Shown here: piece after piece, positions 10,063-20,674 of the stretch
Layout of the letters: every line of letters starts with the position of its first letter
How positions within the stretch are numbered: position 1 is the stretch's first letter
Source: a virus
Lineage: Duplodnaviria > Caudoviricetes
Reading direction: 5' to 3' (one strand)
Virus record (IMG/VR): IMGVR_UViG_3300029258_003188
Location: 1-61,552 of that record
Length of the DNA stretch: 61,552 bases
Made by a program: the position numbers and the translations under genes
Notes under the pieces: generated by a model
Databases searched by the model: none
The model's input: the letters and a program-made list of their open reading frames with translations, nothing else
What the model was told of the DNA's origin: nothing

Positions 10063-13000
10063 ATGTTAAACTTACTAAGGAAAAGTTTTATAGCGAAATA
10101 CTTATACCATAATTTTATGACAGATAAAGTAAGGAATATAATCTCATATGAGAGTAATTATGAGGAACTAACTAAATCAGCTTTAGATTCTTACAAATCC
10201 CTTTTCCCTATAGAAACAATCAAAACTAAACTGGAGCTCCAAGATATTTGGGTTGATGATAATCTTAATGCCGAAGATTACTCAGCTCAAAAAGAAATTA
10301 AGGGGCAGAGGGGAAGCTGGACAGTTCCTATATACGGAAAGTTTAATCTAGTAGATAAGAGTACAGGCAAAGTTATTGAAAAGGTAAATAAATATAAGAT
10401 TAGTGACCTGCCTAAAGTGACCCCAAGGAACACATTCATTTGGAAAGGTGTTGAATATCAATCAGTTAACCTGCTTAGAAGAAAGCCTGGGGTTTATCTT
10501 AGAAAAAAGGAGTCTAATGAGGTTGAGGCTTTCTTTAATTTAGCTAAAGGGTTGAATTTTAAGTTTACGTATGACCCCTCAGATAGAAAATTTTCTGTTT
10601 TGTTTGGGACTAGAAGGATACCGGGATACTCATTATTAAAAGCTTTGGATGTACCTGATTCCCAGCTTAAGAGTGTGTGGGGAGATGAAGTCTATGCATC
10701 TAATTATAAAGAAGATGTATCTAAAGATATAGATAGAATTTACAATGTTGTTTTTAGAAAACCTATGTCCAGCAAGGAGGAAGCTAAGGAAGCTTTAAAG
10801 GAATACTTTTCTAAAACTGAGCTAGATCCTAATGTAGCTAAAGCTTTTATTAAGAAATCATACAAGAATGTTTCTCCGAGTGCTCTTGTTGATACAACAG
10901 TTGAGTCCTTGAATATTGCTAGAGGCAAATCTAAGCCATTGAATTCTGAATCATTATTTTTTAAAAGCTTTCATACGATGGAGGATTTTGTTAATGAATC
11001 GTTTAAGCAAGAAGGAAAGGAAATCCAAAGGAAGCTAAAGAGAAATCTATCTTTTAAGAAGGATCTAAATGATATCCTATATAGGCCAGCATTAGCGTCA
11101 CCAATTAAACGTCTATTCAGTCTTAATGTCGTTAGAACCCCAGAGCAAACTAATCCTCTACATATTCTTGATGAAACAATGAAGACTACTATTTTAGGTG
11201 AAGGCGGGATTCAAGACGAGCATCAGATAACTCTAGCTATGAGGGACATAGACCATACCAGCACTGGTTTCATTGATCCTATTCAAACTCCGGAGGGAAG
11301 CTCTGTAGGCATCATAAATTTTTTAACATTAGCTAGTGGAAAACGTGGGACTGAGATTGTTACTCCGTTCAAGGACATAAAAACAAATAAGATAGCAGAT
11401 TATAGTCCGGCTCAAATGGTAGATAAGGTTATATTGTTTCCTGGACAAACTGGAAGCACTAAGCTTAAGGCTATGAAGAACGGTGAAGTTCTGTATACTG
11501 ATCGTAAAAATGCTGACTTCGAATTCCCGGCTAGTGACCAGATATTTGGGGCGTCGTCTAACATGATACCGTTTCTACATTCTATCGGTGGTGGGCGTGC
11601 AGGGATTGCTTCTCGTTTCAGTTCCCAAGCAATTAGCCTTGTTAACCGAGAAAAACCTTTAGTAGCCGCTGCCATCGAAGGAAAACCTGTTACCCAGCTT
11701 TTTGGAGATGCTATTATTGAGAAAGCTCCAGTGTCGGGCAAAGTTTCTAGGGTAGGAAAAGATTTCATTGAGATTACTGACAATAAAGGTAAGAAACATA
11801 AATCTTTCTTCTACAAAGATTTTTATCTGAATGATAAGAATTATCTTGATAGTACCCCTGTTGTGTCAGAAGGTGATCAAGTTAAAGCTGGTGATCAGTT
11901 AGTAGAGCTTAATTATACCAAGGATGGGCAGCTAGCCTTAGGAACTAATCTCAAAGTTGGATATTTACCGTACTACGGTTTGAATGAACTTGATTCTATG
12001 GTAATTAGTGAAACAGCTTCTAAAAAATTAACATCTGAGCATGTTTATCAGTTTGACATCGAGCTAGACGAGGACTTACACACCAACTTGCAAAAGTACT
12101 CATCTTTGTATCCTAGCAGATTAAATAAAGATCAAAAAGAAAAATTAGATGCTAATGGAGTAGTCCAAGTTGGAGCTAAAGTTGAGCCGGGGGATACTAT
12201 TGCAGCATTGTTGAAGTACAGAAAGGATACACCCGAGGACCTGATTCTAGGCAGATTAAGTAGAGGCTTGGTTAATAGGTTTAAAGACCACTCGCTTAAG
12301 TGGGATAGAGTTGAACCTGGCGTAGTTTCAGATGTAGTGGTTGGGAAAAAGCATATTTCGATTTTTATTAAGTCTCAAGAACCTGCTAGGATTGCTGACA
12401 AGCTCAGTAATCTTTCTGCCGGTAAAGGAACAATAGGAGCTATTATACCAGATGACCAAATGCCTAAAGATAAAGAAGGTAATCCCCTTGAGATCTTACT
12501 GCCTCCAGCTGGAGTTATATCCAGACTAAATCCTTCTCAGCTTTATGAAACTATGGCTGGGAAAATTGCAAAGAAAATTGGCAAGCAGATTTTAGTTAAT
12601 AACTTCGAACCAAAAAACCAGTTTGAAGAAATTAACAAGATGATGAAGAAGTACAATGTATCTGACACTGAAACACTAATAGACCCTAAGACTAACAAGG
12701 AAATTAAAGATGTATTTACTGGTAACCAATACTTTTATAAGCTTAAGCACCAAGCCTTAGATAAAGCTTCGTCTAGATATAAGGGGGTGTACTCTGTACT
12801 GGATCAGCCTGTCAGGGGTGGTGCCGAAGGAAGTAAAAGCTTAGATGCTTTAACTTATTATTCTTTATTGTCGCATGGGGCAACATCATTCATCAAGGAT
12901 GTTATGCAGAAAAGTGAGAAGAATGATGACTTGTGGAGGGCGATCGAACTAGGGGAAACTCTCCCAGCCCCAAAGCCTACATTTGCCTACGATACATTCC

Positions 13001-16000
13001 AAGGGTATCTGAAGGCCATGGGTGTGAATCTTCAAAAACAAGGAAGAGAATTAAAGCTTCTACCGTTAACAAATAAAAACATCAAAGAAATGAGCAATGG
13101 TAAAATAGAAAAGGGGAAGATGCTAGACCGCAACCTCAGACCTGAGAAGGGTGGTCTATTTGATCCTGTTAAGACTGGTGGTCTTTTAGGTTCAGCTGAG
13201 AAATGGACGCATGTAGAGCTTAACGAGCCTCTCCCCAACCCAATCATGGAAAAGCCTATTACTGGTTTGCTAGGATTGACTGAAGCTTCTTACAATAAAA
13301 TAGTGGATGGAACATTATTTATAACCAGAGAAGGTTCAATCGTAGACAAAAGTACCCCTGGGGCGATAACTGGAGGAAAAGCTATCGAGAGACTTCTATC
13401 TAAAGTTGATTTAGATAAGGAGTACAAAGTAGCTTTGGAAGAAGCTAAAGGTAAAACTGGTTCTGATTTAGATAAGATAAACAGAAAGCTTAGATCAATT
13501 AGATCGTTAAAAACTCTAGGAATTAAAAATCCTGCTGATGCTTATATACTAAAGAATGTTCCTGTCATTCCCCCAAAAATGAGACCAATTTATCCTTTAC
13601 CGGATGGATCACTAGAAACATCTGATTTTAACTATCTGTATAGAGACATTATCCTGACAAATAATTTACTTAAGGAGTCTAAGGATTTAGAAGTTCCGGA
13701 AGCTCAGGAAAGGGATCTGAGGAATAATTTATATAGAAGCATAAAAGCTTTATATGGACTTGGTGACCCTATCTCAGGCTATTATCACAAGAAAACTGGG
13801 ATTCTTCCTATGATAACAGGGAGCTCACCCAAAGAGGGTTATTTCCAAAGCAAGCTACTAAGTAAAGAACAGGATTTAGTCGGCCGGTCAGTTATTATTC
13901 CTTCTGAAGATTTACATACAGATGAGGTCGGAATCCCAGAAAGATTAGCTTGGAATTTATTCAAGCCTTTCGTTGTTAGAGAATATACATCTAGAGGCTA
14001 CAGCCCCATTGAAGCCGTCCAAAAAATAGACAGTAGAGACCCGGAATCAAGGCGGTTTTTAGAGATGACAATGGATAAGCATCCAGTCTTACTTAATCGA
14101 GCACCCTCCTTGCATCGCTTTAGCATCATGGCGTTTAAGCCTAAGCTCAGTGAAGGGGAGGGGATGAAGATTAATCCTCTAGTTGCTACTGGATTTAATG
14201 CTGATTTTGACGGTGACGCTATGACTATTCATGTTCCGTTTTCCAATGAAGCTATTAAAGAAGCTTATACTATGCTCCCATCACAACATGTGATTAACCC
14301 TTCAACTGGAAAGTTTATGCTGATACCGCAAGAGGAATCTATGGCTGGAATTTATAAGCTAAGCTTAACTGCTGAAGGCAGAAAGAAACTAAACAGTGTA
14401 CTTCCAGCTTCTTATTATATTACTGAACCAATCAACAAAGGAAAGTTACAAAAGCTACTAACTGAAATAAGTGAGAAAGATCCATCTTCAGGAGCTATTA
14501 TAGCGGATAGTCTCAAGAAACTAGGAGATGAATACGCATATTCATCCGGGTACTCCTTCAAGTTTGAGGATTTAAGGCCAATAAAAAGGCCGGATCTTGT
14601 CGATAAATATATGACTAAAGTACATAAAACTGAGGATTTAAATGTGCGAGTTTCTCTTCTGCAACAGCTGACTACTGAACTAGATGCTAATCTACTAAAG
14701 AACAAATCTAATATGTTTGTTGAACAAACTTTAGCTGGAGTTAAGGGCAAGCTTGGAAATGCTAGGCAGATACTAACATCACCAGTAATGACACAGGATA
14801 TTGATGGGGCTCCGGTTCCAATCTTTATTGAGAAATCATATTCGGAAGGGTTATCCTTACCCGACTATATTGTAGCTAGTCAAGGTGCTAGAAAGGGTCT
14901 AGTTGATAAGGGGATTGAAGTAGCTGAACCTGGGAAGCTAGCTAAAGAGTTTGCTGCGGCAGGATTAGATTACAAAGTCACAGAAAAAGATTGCGGAGCC
15001 ACCCGTGGGTTGGTTCTCCCGATTAACAACCAAGACGTGCTCGATCGCTATTTAGCCGCTCCAGTTCACGTTGGAGGTAAGACTATAGCCAAAAGGAATC
15101 AGTTGGTAGATCCTGAACTAGTGCAGTTACTAAAGAAAAATAAGGTTACTAGTATAGAAGTTAGATCCCCGCTTTATTGTAAATCAGTATCTGGATCTTG
15201 CAGCATGTGTGCTGGGTTAGGTGCGGATGGACAAGCACCTAATGTAGGTGATTACTACGGAGTTTTTGCAGCCCAGGCACTTAGCGAGCCAGCTACCCAA
15301 GCAGCTTTATCTACTCCTCATAAAGGCGGTGTAGCCGGTACTGGATCCCCAGATTCAGGTTTAACTGGTTTAACCAAGATAAGAACATTACTAGAGATGC
15401 CTAAGAACTTTGCTGGCCAGGCAACCGTTGCTGAAAATAGTGGGGTAGTAAAAAGAGTCACTCAAACACCAGACTTGACTGAAATAGAGGTAGATGACAC
15501 CATGTACTCACTTCCTGGAAATACAGCAGTAGAGGTTAAAGAGGGTGACGCTGTAGCTAGAGGGTCACGATTAACGACCGGGTTAATTAATCCTAATGAT
15601 GTTTACAGGACTAAAGGGCTGCCTGAGATGAGAAATTACTTACGTGATGAGTTGCTAAATGCCTATAGATCAGAAGGAATACCAGTACGTTCTAACGTAG
15701 TAGAGAGTGTTGTGGCGGCGACAACTAAAGCTGGAGTAGTTAGGGATCCAGGCGATTCAGAATTCCTTCCAGGAGATTTTATTAGGATAGCTCAAGCTGA
15801 AGCTGAGAATGAAAAAAAAGAGCTTGAGCTTGATGTCTCGTCAGCTACAGGAAGAACTTTGATGGAGAACATCGGTCCAATTAGAGCTGGAACAGAAATA
15901 GATAATAAGATATCCAGAGAGCTTAAAGCCAACGGAGTAAAGAAAGTAAGGGTCAAACCAAATCCTATTCAGTACGATCCCTTTATCAGGGGGATTAGTC

Positions 16001-16143
16001 AAATACCACTAGCTAAAGAAGATTTTATGTCACGTTTAGGATATAGAGAACTTAAAAACACTATAGAGGAGGGGGTAGCTAGAGGATGGACATCAGATCT
16101 GGATGGGTACTCTCCTATACCACAATATATAACATCAGCTTAG
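10063..16143 (+). CDS. rpoBC: Two-barrel RNA polymerase: beta and beta' fused in one polypeptide (start may be 10117)
   Basis: beta motifs IDPIQTPEG, ADKLSNLSAGKG, YKLKHQ..K; beta' motifs RPEKGGLFD, VPVIPP..RP, LLNRAPSLHR, NADFDGD, GARKGLVD, AAQALSEPATQ; no stop between the halves. Confidence 0.95.
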   Translation: MLNLLRKSFIAKYLYHNFMTDKVRNIISYESNYEELTKSALDSYKSLFPIETIKTKLELQDIWVDDNLNAEDYSAQKEIKGQRGSWTVPIYGKFNLVDKSTGKVIEKVNKYKISDLPKVTPRNTFIWKGVEYQSVNLLRRKPGVYLRKKESNEVEAFFNLAKGLNFKFTYDPSDRKFSVLFGTRRIPGYSLLKALDVPDSQLKSVWGDEVYASNYKEDVSKDIDRIYNVVFRKPMSSKEEAKEALKEYFSKTELDPNVAKAFIKKSYKNVSPSALVDTTVESLNIARGKSKPLNSESLFFKSFHTMEDFVNESFKQEGKEIQRKLKRNLSFKKDLNDILYRPALASPIKRLFSLNVVRTPEQTNPLHILDETMKTTILGEGGIQDEHQITLAMRDIDHTSTGFIDPIQTPEGSSVGIINFLTLASGKRGTEIVTPFKDIKTNKIADYSPAQMVDKVILFPGQTGSTKLKAMKNGEVLYTDRKNADFEFPASDQIFGASSNMIPFLHSIGGGRAGIASRFSSQAISLVNREKPLVAAAIEGKPVTQLFGDAIIEKAPVSGKVSRVGKDFIEITDNKGKKHKSFFYKDFYLNDKNYLDSTPVVSEGDQVKAGDQLVELNYTKDGQLALGTNLKVGYLPYYGLNELDSMVISETASKKLTSEHVYQFDIELDEDLHTNLQKYSSLYPSRLNKDQKEKLDANGVVQVGAKVEPGDTIAALLKYRKDTPEDLILGRLSRGLVNRFKDHSLKWDRVEPGVVSDVVVGKKHISIFIKSQEPARIADKLSNLSAGKGTIGAIIPDDQMPKDKEGNPLEILLPPAGVISRLNPSQLYETMAGKIAKKIGKQILVNNFEPKNQFEEINKMMKKYNVSDTETLIDPKTNKEIKDVFTGNQYFYKLKHQALDKASSRYKGVYSVLDQPVRGGAEGSKSLDALTYYSLLSHGATSFIKDVMQKSEKNDDLWRAIELGETLPAPKPTFAYDTFQGYLKAMGVNLQKQGRELKLLPLTNKNIKEMSNGKIEKGKMLDRNLRPEKGGLFDPVKTGGLLGSAEKWTHVELNEPLPNPIMEKPITGLLGLTEASYNKIVDGTLFITREGSIVDKSTPGAITGGKAIERLLSKVDLDKEYKVALEEAKGKTGSDLDKINRKLRSIRSLKTLGIKNPADAYILKNVPVIPPKMRPIYPLPDGSLETSDFNYLYRDIILTNNLLKESKDLEVPEAQERDLRNNLYRSIKALYGLGDPISGYYHKKTGILPMITGSSPKEGYFQSKLLSKEQDLVGRSVIIPSEDLHTDEVGIPERLAWNLFKPFVVREYTSRGYSPIEAVQKIDSRDPESRRFLEMTMDKHPVLLNRAPSLHRFSIMAFKPKLSEGEGMKINPLVATGFNADFDGDAMTIHVPFSNEAIKEAYTMLPSQHVINPSTGKFMLIPQEESMAGIYKLSLTAEGRKKLNSVLPASYYITEPINKGKLQKLLTEISEKDPSSGAIIADSLKKLGDEYAYSSGYSFKFEDLRPIKRPDLVDKYMTKVHKTEDLNVRVSLLQQLTTELDANLLKNKSNMFVEQTLAGVKGKLGNARQILTSPVMTQDIDGAPVPIFIEKSYSEGLSLPDYIVASQGARKGLVDKGIEVAEPGKLAKEFAAAGLDYKVTEKDCGATRGLVLPINNQDVLDRYLAAPVHVGGKTIAKRNQLVDPELVQLLKKNKVTSIEVRSPLYCKSVSGSCSMCAGLGADGQAPNVGDYYGVFAAQALSEPATQAALSTPHKGGVAGTGSPDSGLTGLTKIRTLLEMPKNFAGQATVAENSGVVKRVTQTPDLTEIEVDDTMYSLPGNTAVEVKEGDAVARGSRLTTGLINPNDVYRTKGLPEMRNYLRDELLNAYRSEGIPVRSNVVESVVAATTKAGVVRDPGDSEFLPGDFIRIAQAEAENEKKELELDVSSATGRTLMENIGPIRAGTEIDNKISRELKANGVKKVRVKPNPIQYDPFIRGISQIPLAKEDFMSRLGYRELKNTIEEGVARGWTSDLDGYSPIPQYITSA
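10101..10109 (-). promoter_or_regulatory. TGGTATAAG motif upstream of the RT-Ubl operon
   Basis: Same motif precedes many transcription units in the window; about 67 nt upstream of the RT ATG. Confidence 0.6.
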
Positions 16144-16149
16144 AAGCGA

Positions 16150-16395
16150 CTAGTCAAATGGAGCCTCTTCTAAAAGACCGATCATGAGTGAGTCTACTGT
16201 GTCCAAGCGTTTTTTAACATACTCGGAAAAGGCGGGTGACGGTTTGAATTTTTTCAAACTACTATTTAGGTTATCCTTATCCACAACGAAAATGTTACGC
16301 TTGAATTTCAAACGCTTAAATGATTTAAGGAAGGTTTCATCTTTAGGTGAAACTTTAACGTTTATTTTGATAGGTACTAATACAAATGCATTCAC
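16150..16395 (-). CDS. Hypothetical protein
   Basis: AAAGGAG RBS then GTG at 16395; TGGTATAAG motif on the minus strand at 16433-16441. Confidence 0.6.
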   Translation of the reverse strand: MNAFVLVPIKINVKVSPKDETFLKSFKRLKFKRNIFVVDKDNLNSSLKKFKPSPAFSEYVKKRLDTVDSLMIGLLEEAPFD

Positions 16396-16496
16396 TAATT
16401 TCTCCTTTCTAAAACTTGTTGATGATACTAAACTTATACCAGCCAATTTAACTGGTATAAAGCCGATAATATAAGGGAGGTAATGAGGGAGAGGTA

Positions 16497-17411
16497 ATGG
16501 TTTATTCTGGGACAGTTTTTGCAGTTTATAAAGACGGATCTTTCCAAGTAATTCTTGATGATGAAAGAATAGTTGATAATGTAGTGCCTTTGTCGGTAGC
16601 AGCTAGAAGAGGCGAGGGGGTGTTTAGCATCCCAGCAGAAGGTGATCGCTGTGTTATTTTTTTTGATAGTAAACGTAAGCCTTATGCACTATTTTCTTTT
16701 CTAGAAATAATGAAAGATGATGGTACTATGTCTCTTTCACCCAATTATCCTAAGTACAAAAATGACTCCCCAAATCTAAGATCGAAAGATTTTTGGGTTG
16801 GAAGTGATTCTAAGTATATATGTGTAAGATCAGCTGGAAGTATAGAAATAAAAGCTTCACCCAGTTGTGGTATAGTACTTAGTCCAGCTGGTCAGTTTTT
16901 AAGCATTAACGATTCTGAGTTTGAGCACTATTCAACCGGAATGGTAATTTCTCATACAGTTAATTCGATCACAGGGATGAAACATCTAGAAGAATATCAA
17001 GATACTACTGGTGTTCCTACTGGAAAATTTTATGAATATATTGTTAAAGATATACTAGGATTAGAGAAAGCAAGCCTAAAGGTTGACAAATTAGGGTTCA
17101 TTGAATTAAAATTAGGACAAGTGAGCGTTTATCTTAACACAGCTGAAGTAAGAGTAAATGTTAATGAACCGGCAAACACAAGTATCGCAGTTGATTTTAT
17201 AGGAAATGTTGAGGTTAAGACAAACGGAATGGCAACAATTGATGGCAGCTTGATAAAAATAGGAGATAAGGCTTCTAGCCACGCTATCAAGGGAGAAGAT
17301 TTGATTAGTTATCTGTACACACATACACACTCGCACCCGACAGGACCCACTGGCCCACCGATTACGCCACCGCCTTTTTCTTTGTTAGCTACAAAAACAT
17401 TAGTTGAGTAA
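16497..17411 (+). CDS. Baseplate central spike (gpV/gp138-like)
   Basis: N-terminal OB-fold pattern (IPAEGDRCVI), beta-repeat body, C-terminal HTHSH..GPTGPP metal-binding tip. Confidence 0.8.
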   Translation: MVYSGTVFAVYKDGSFQVILDDERIVDNVVPLSVAARRGEGVFSIPAEGDRCVIFFDSKRKPYALFSFLEIMKDDGTMSLSPNYPKYKNDSPNLRSKDFWVGSDSKYICVRSAGSIEIKASPSCGIVLSPAGQFLSINDSEFEHYSTGMVISHTVNSITGMKHLEEYQDTTGVPTGKFYEYIVKDILGLEKASLKVDKLGFIELKLGQVSVYLNTAEVRVNVNEPANTSIAVDFIGNVEVKTNGMATIDGSLIKIGDKASSHAIKGEDLISYLYTHTHSHPTGPTGPPITPPPFSLLATKTLVE

Positions 17412-17425
17412 AGGAGAAAGCTAAA

Positions 17426-19477
17426 GTGCCAATTTTAGACGACATTTTTGTTGAAGGTCCTAGCTTGGAAGATACTTACATCCCCCTTTCTGGGGATCCG
17501 AGCAGATGGCCAAGCGAAACCTTAGAGAAACTTCTATCTGACTTCCCCTTTTTCAGGGAATCTGTCATCAAAACTAAAATAACTCACGCAGACGACAAAA
17601 CCCATTCAATGTTGGGTTCTCACACCATAGTTTTCCCTAATGACCAGATTATTTTCCCAACTATTGTCAGGCAAGGTAAGCTTTCTCCATTTGATGTTTT
17701 TCTATACAACGGCCTTTACTACCCTGCTACTGAAACTAGGATCCGTCTGATCATTTCCGGAAGAGGTCTGGTCGAATCTACTACTAGTGAACCTGAAAAG
17801 TCTACTAGCCTTCTTGAAACTACCCAGACACCTGAGCTGATGACTGATCAGCCGACTGTCTACCAAAAGACATCATCTATTCTAGATAAGCTTGCTTTTA
17901 CAGTTACTCCTGCTGCAAAAAGCAATCTACTTAAATATATTAGAAGTAACAAAGATCTAGTTTCATTAAGCAAATACCCAGAAGTAACAAAGGTATTCAA
18001 GAAACTTGTAGACTTACCAGTTTTAGACGATGACCAATATAATACAGCTCTTTCCGCACTTCTTCCTGTAGGAATTATTCAGATCAGGAAGAATACTGAC
18101 GATACGTATACAGTTCTAACTAGCTCAGACAAAGCTTTTCATCCGGTTGAGCATAGCATGAGTGCAGAAGAACTTAATGCTTATCTAAACAGCTTTATGG
18201 AGACAAGCTGGCCAGTCATTGATTCAGTCAATAGGGGAGGGGAGATTACTGTTTCTATGATGGATAATTCAGGGTCGATGGCTGTGCTTAGAACTAAAAT
18301 TGAAGACACACTAGAAGTAGTTGATCCTGGGACCTATGCTTGTAAGACTGATTCTGGTGCTTTTGTTAAAGGTAAAGTTATCCCTCTATTTGATTACTTG
18401 ATGCAGCCACTTAATATGAATATATTTTACAATTCCTCTTTCTATTCTATTCAGGATAGATTCGCTGGAGAAAAGACAGAGGATTATGAAGTCCCTAAAG
18501 GAACTGAACCCTCGCCAGGCATGGTGGGAACATTCATACATAAAAGGAAGCCGATCGCGGTGATGCCCTTTACTATTACGTCTTCGCACATGAAGACGCT
18601 TTATGATGATGCTAAGGCTTACTACGTCAAAGGTGTTTCTCTGGATAACCGCCCGGTTGAATTTCGATTCTCTGATACGTTTAAGGGGTGGATTAAAACT
18701 TCTGCTCCAGGAGAAGGTTCAAATGTAGGATCATCCAGATTACTAGATGAAGCTCGAGAAAGGATCTTCTGCGTCTCTTCAGATGACTTTGTGTTCGTCA
18801 GCTTAAAGGATGCTGTCAATCTTTCCCGCTATGCAAATCAGTTTAGCAAAGAGGCAGCACTTCGTTATGGAGATAGATTGAAGATCAAGAGCGATGGCAG
18901 TCGCTTTGTGATGGAAAGCCATCAGCTAAGTAAGTTTGCTTCTGTCCCTTCGTTTTTGACTGGGAGAGGGACTAGAAAAACCTTTAATTTCAACGACATG
19001 GACTATAACGACGCTAAATTTTTCTTGGGTTCTGTCGGCTTTGATGTTCCCAGAACTGATGAGATCCTGAAAAAAGCTAAAGTTAATGGCAAGGTTGAAC
19101 TCGTTAAGGTTAGCTTTCCTCAAACTATAGCTGAGCGTAAAGAAGAGCTTATCCCTAAAGTTAAAGCTACTCTGCAAGCTATCCCAGCAATCAAGGCTAG
19201 TTTTGTGAAGCAGGCAGCTATGACTAGGGATGAAGTTGCATTAGATCAGACTCTAGGACTTAATTTGGTAACCCCAGATAACATTATCTACTTTGTCAAT
19301 GGAATTCCTGAAATGCAAAATACAGTGGAGAGACTAGCCTCCTTGCTCATATTCTCAAGGCTAGGGTTTAAAGATGTTCCTGAAAGAGCTATCAGAGACA
19401 CTATGCTAGGATTGGAAAAGATATTATCAGTAGTTAAGATATTCAAAATTTATCTAGAACAGGATGATAAGGAATAA
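17426..19477 (+). CDS. Large virion/head-associated protein of unknown function
   Basis: Position in the structural cluster; several KxA motifs (DKLA, SKEAA, SKFAS, VKQAA). Confidence 0.5.
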   Translation: MPILDDIFVEGPSLEDTYIPLSGDPSRWPSETLEKLLSDFPFFRESVIKTKITHADDKTHSMLGSHTIVFPNDQIIFPTIVRQGKLSPFDVFLYNGLYYPATETRIRLIISGRGLVESTTSEPEKSTSLLETTQTPELMTDQPTVYQKTSSILDKLAFTVTPAAKSNLLKYIRSNKDLVSLSKYPEVTKVFKKLVDLPVLDDDQYNTALSALLPVGIIQIRKNTDDTYTVLTSSDKAFHPVEHSMSAEELNAYLNSFMETSWPVIDSVNRGGEITVSMMDNSGSMAVLRTKIEDTLEVVDPGTYACKTDSGAFVKGKVIPLFDYLMQPLNMNIFYNSSFYSIQDRFAGEKTEDYEVPKGTEPSPGMVGTFIHKRKPIAVMPFTITSSHMKTLYDDAKAYYVKGVSLDNRPVEFRFSDTFKGWIKTSAPGEGSNVGSSRLLDEARERIFCVSSDDFVFVSLKDAVNLSRYANQFSKEAALRYGDRLKIKSDGSRFVMESHQLSKFASVPSFLTGRGTRKTFNFNDMDYNDAKFFLGSVGFDVPRTDEILKKAKVNGKVELVKVSFPQTIAERKEELIPKVKATLQAIPAIKASFVKQAAMTRDEVALDQTLGLNLVTPDNIIYFVNGIPEMQNTVERLASLLIFSRLGFKDVPERAIRDTMLGLEKILSVVKIFKIYLEQDDKE

Positions 19478-19480
19478 GAT

Positions 19481-19708
19481 ATGAACGAAGATAGAATTTA
19501 TAAGCGAGCTTCTGACCTTCTCAAGAAAGAAGGAATGTCCCCCGTAATAACTTATAAGTTCTTGCGGCTACATAAAGGTTTGCCTAAAGCTAAAGCTGTT
19601 AAAAAGATGGTTCAGCTCGAAGGACCGACGACCAAAGCAGTCTATGGAGGTCAAAGAGCATCCGGTAAAGGTAGAATTAAGTCTTTGATCGAAGCTATCA
19701 AGTTCTAA
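19481..19708 (+). CDS. Small basic protein with RIYKxA tag
   Basis: N-terminus NEDRIYKRASDLL is shared with other small proteins. Confidence 0.6.
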   Translation: MNEDRIYKRASDLLKKEGMSPVITYKFLRLHKGLPKAKAVKKMVQLEGPTTKAVYGGQRASGKGRIKSLIEAIKF

Positions 19709-19717
19709 CCTATTTTT

Positions 19718-20662
19718 ATGCTAACATATCCTAGTGTTCCTTACGAAACTTTTTTAAAGTATGCTATCTTTATTTATGGAGATAATAAAGAGGTTAACGA
19801 TTTTTTAAGGGAAAGTTTCTTACCCCCGATTGAAGATGAGTTTATAGACGCTAGAAGAGAAGCTTTACTTAACACTACTAAAAAGAAAACAATTAGGGAA
19901 TCTATAAAGGGTTCTTACATCCCCCCTAAAAACAGGACCACTTTTAATCACTTACTAAAGTGGCTAGTGGAAACTGGCCTTATCTTCCCATTTATTTATT
20001 TTCACCCCCAGGTTCTTCGTAGATATAAAGGGATTGAAGTTAAGGTTCTCAGGGAAGTTTTCTTACTAGCACTTCACCCTATGCTCAGGAGAGTCCACAA
20101 CTGTGCTGTCTTCTTGAGGGAGAGCAGGGAGTTCCAGAATTGGTTCCCAATGAGGTGTTCTAGTCCAGCCTTCGAGTGGTATAGGTATATCTTTTTTAAT
20201 CCTGAAATGGTAGAGACTGAGGGTGATTGGATCTACTACTTTAGAAAACTAGATAAGTCTGAAGCTAAACTGTATGATGCAGCTAAAAGGAATAATATAA
20301 AGTTTTGTATCTGGCTCCTTGGAGGGATACCTCAGATTAGTTTGGAAGAGCTCCAGGAAAACTTACAGTCTATCAGTTACTGGGGAACCCTGGAGAAAAT
20401 GAGAACAGATTTTGTAGGTGGTGAGCCTGAAGATCGTGGTGATCCTGAAGCTAAGCGGTGGGCTAGAATCGGTATAGATACAATGAAAGCTTCTACTCCT
20501 AAAGCCTTACCCCCTCCTCATTTAGAGGATGAAGAATCATTTGAACAGGTTATTGACGCTGAAGAAATAAAGGATAGTGACATTCAGCAAGAAATACCGG
20601 TGTTCGAAGGTCCTCTAGAAGGAAGAAAGAAGAAAAACCAGGAGGAAGGGATACACCATTAA
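19718..20662 (+). CDS. Hypothetical protein upstream of terminase (small-terminase candidate)
   Basis: Position only; acidic C-terminus. Confidence 0.4.
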   Translation: MLTYPSVPYETFLKYAIFIYGDNKEVNDFLRESFLPPIEDEFIDARREALLNTTKKKTIRESIKGSYIPPKNRTTFNHLLKWLVETGLIFPFIYFHPQVLRRYKGIEVKVLREVFLLALHPMLRRVHNCAVFLRESREFQNWFPMRCSSPAFEWYRYIFFNPEMVETEGDWIYYFRKLDKSEAKLYDAAKRNNIKFCIWLLGGIPQISLEELQENLQSISYWGTLEKMRTDFVGGEPEDRGDPEAKRWARIGIDTMKASTPKALPPPHLEDEESFEQVIDAEEIKDSDIQQEIPVFEGPLEGRKKKNQEEGIHH

Positions 20663-20674
20663 CACCTCCTTTTC

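Noticed and set aside
10063-16143. Bacterial chromosomal rpoBC locus
   Set aside because: No ribosomal protein neighbours, highly divergent and compact, embedded among phage structural genes.
16184-16474. Plus-strand 96-aa ORF
   Set aside because: The opposite-strand ORF has a clear RBS and promoter motif.
17426-19477. Portal protein assignment
   Set aside because: Size and position fit, but I recognise no portal motif; left as unknown.
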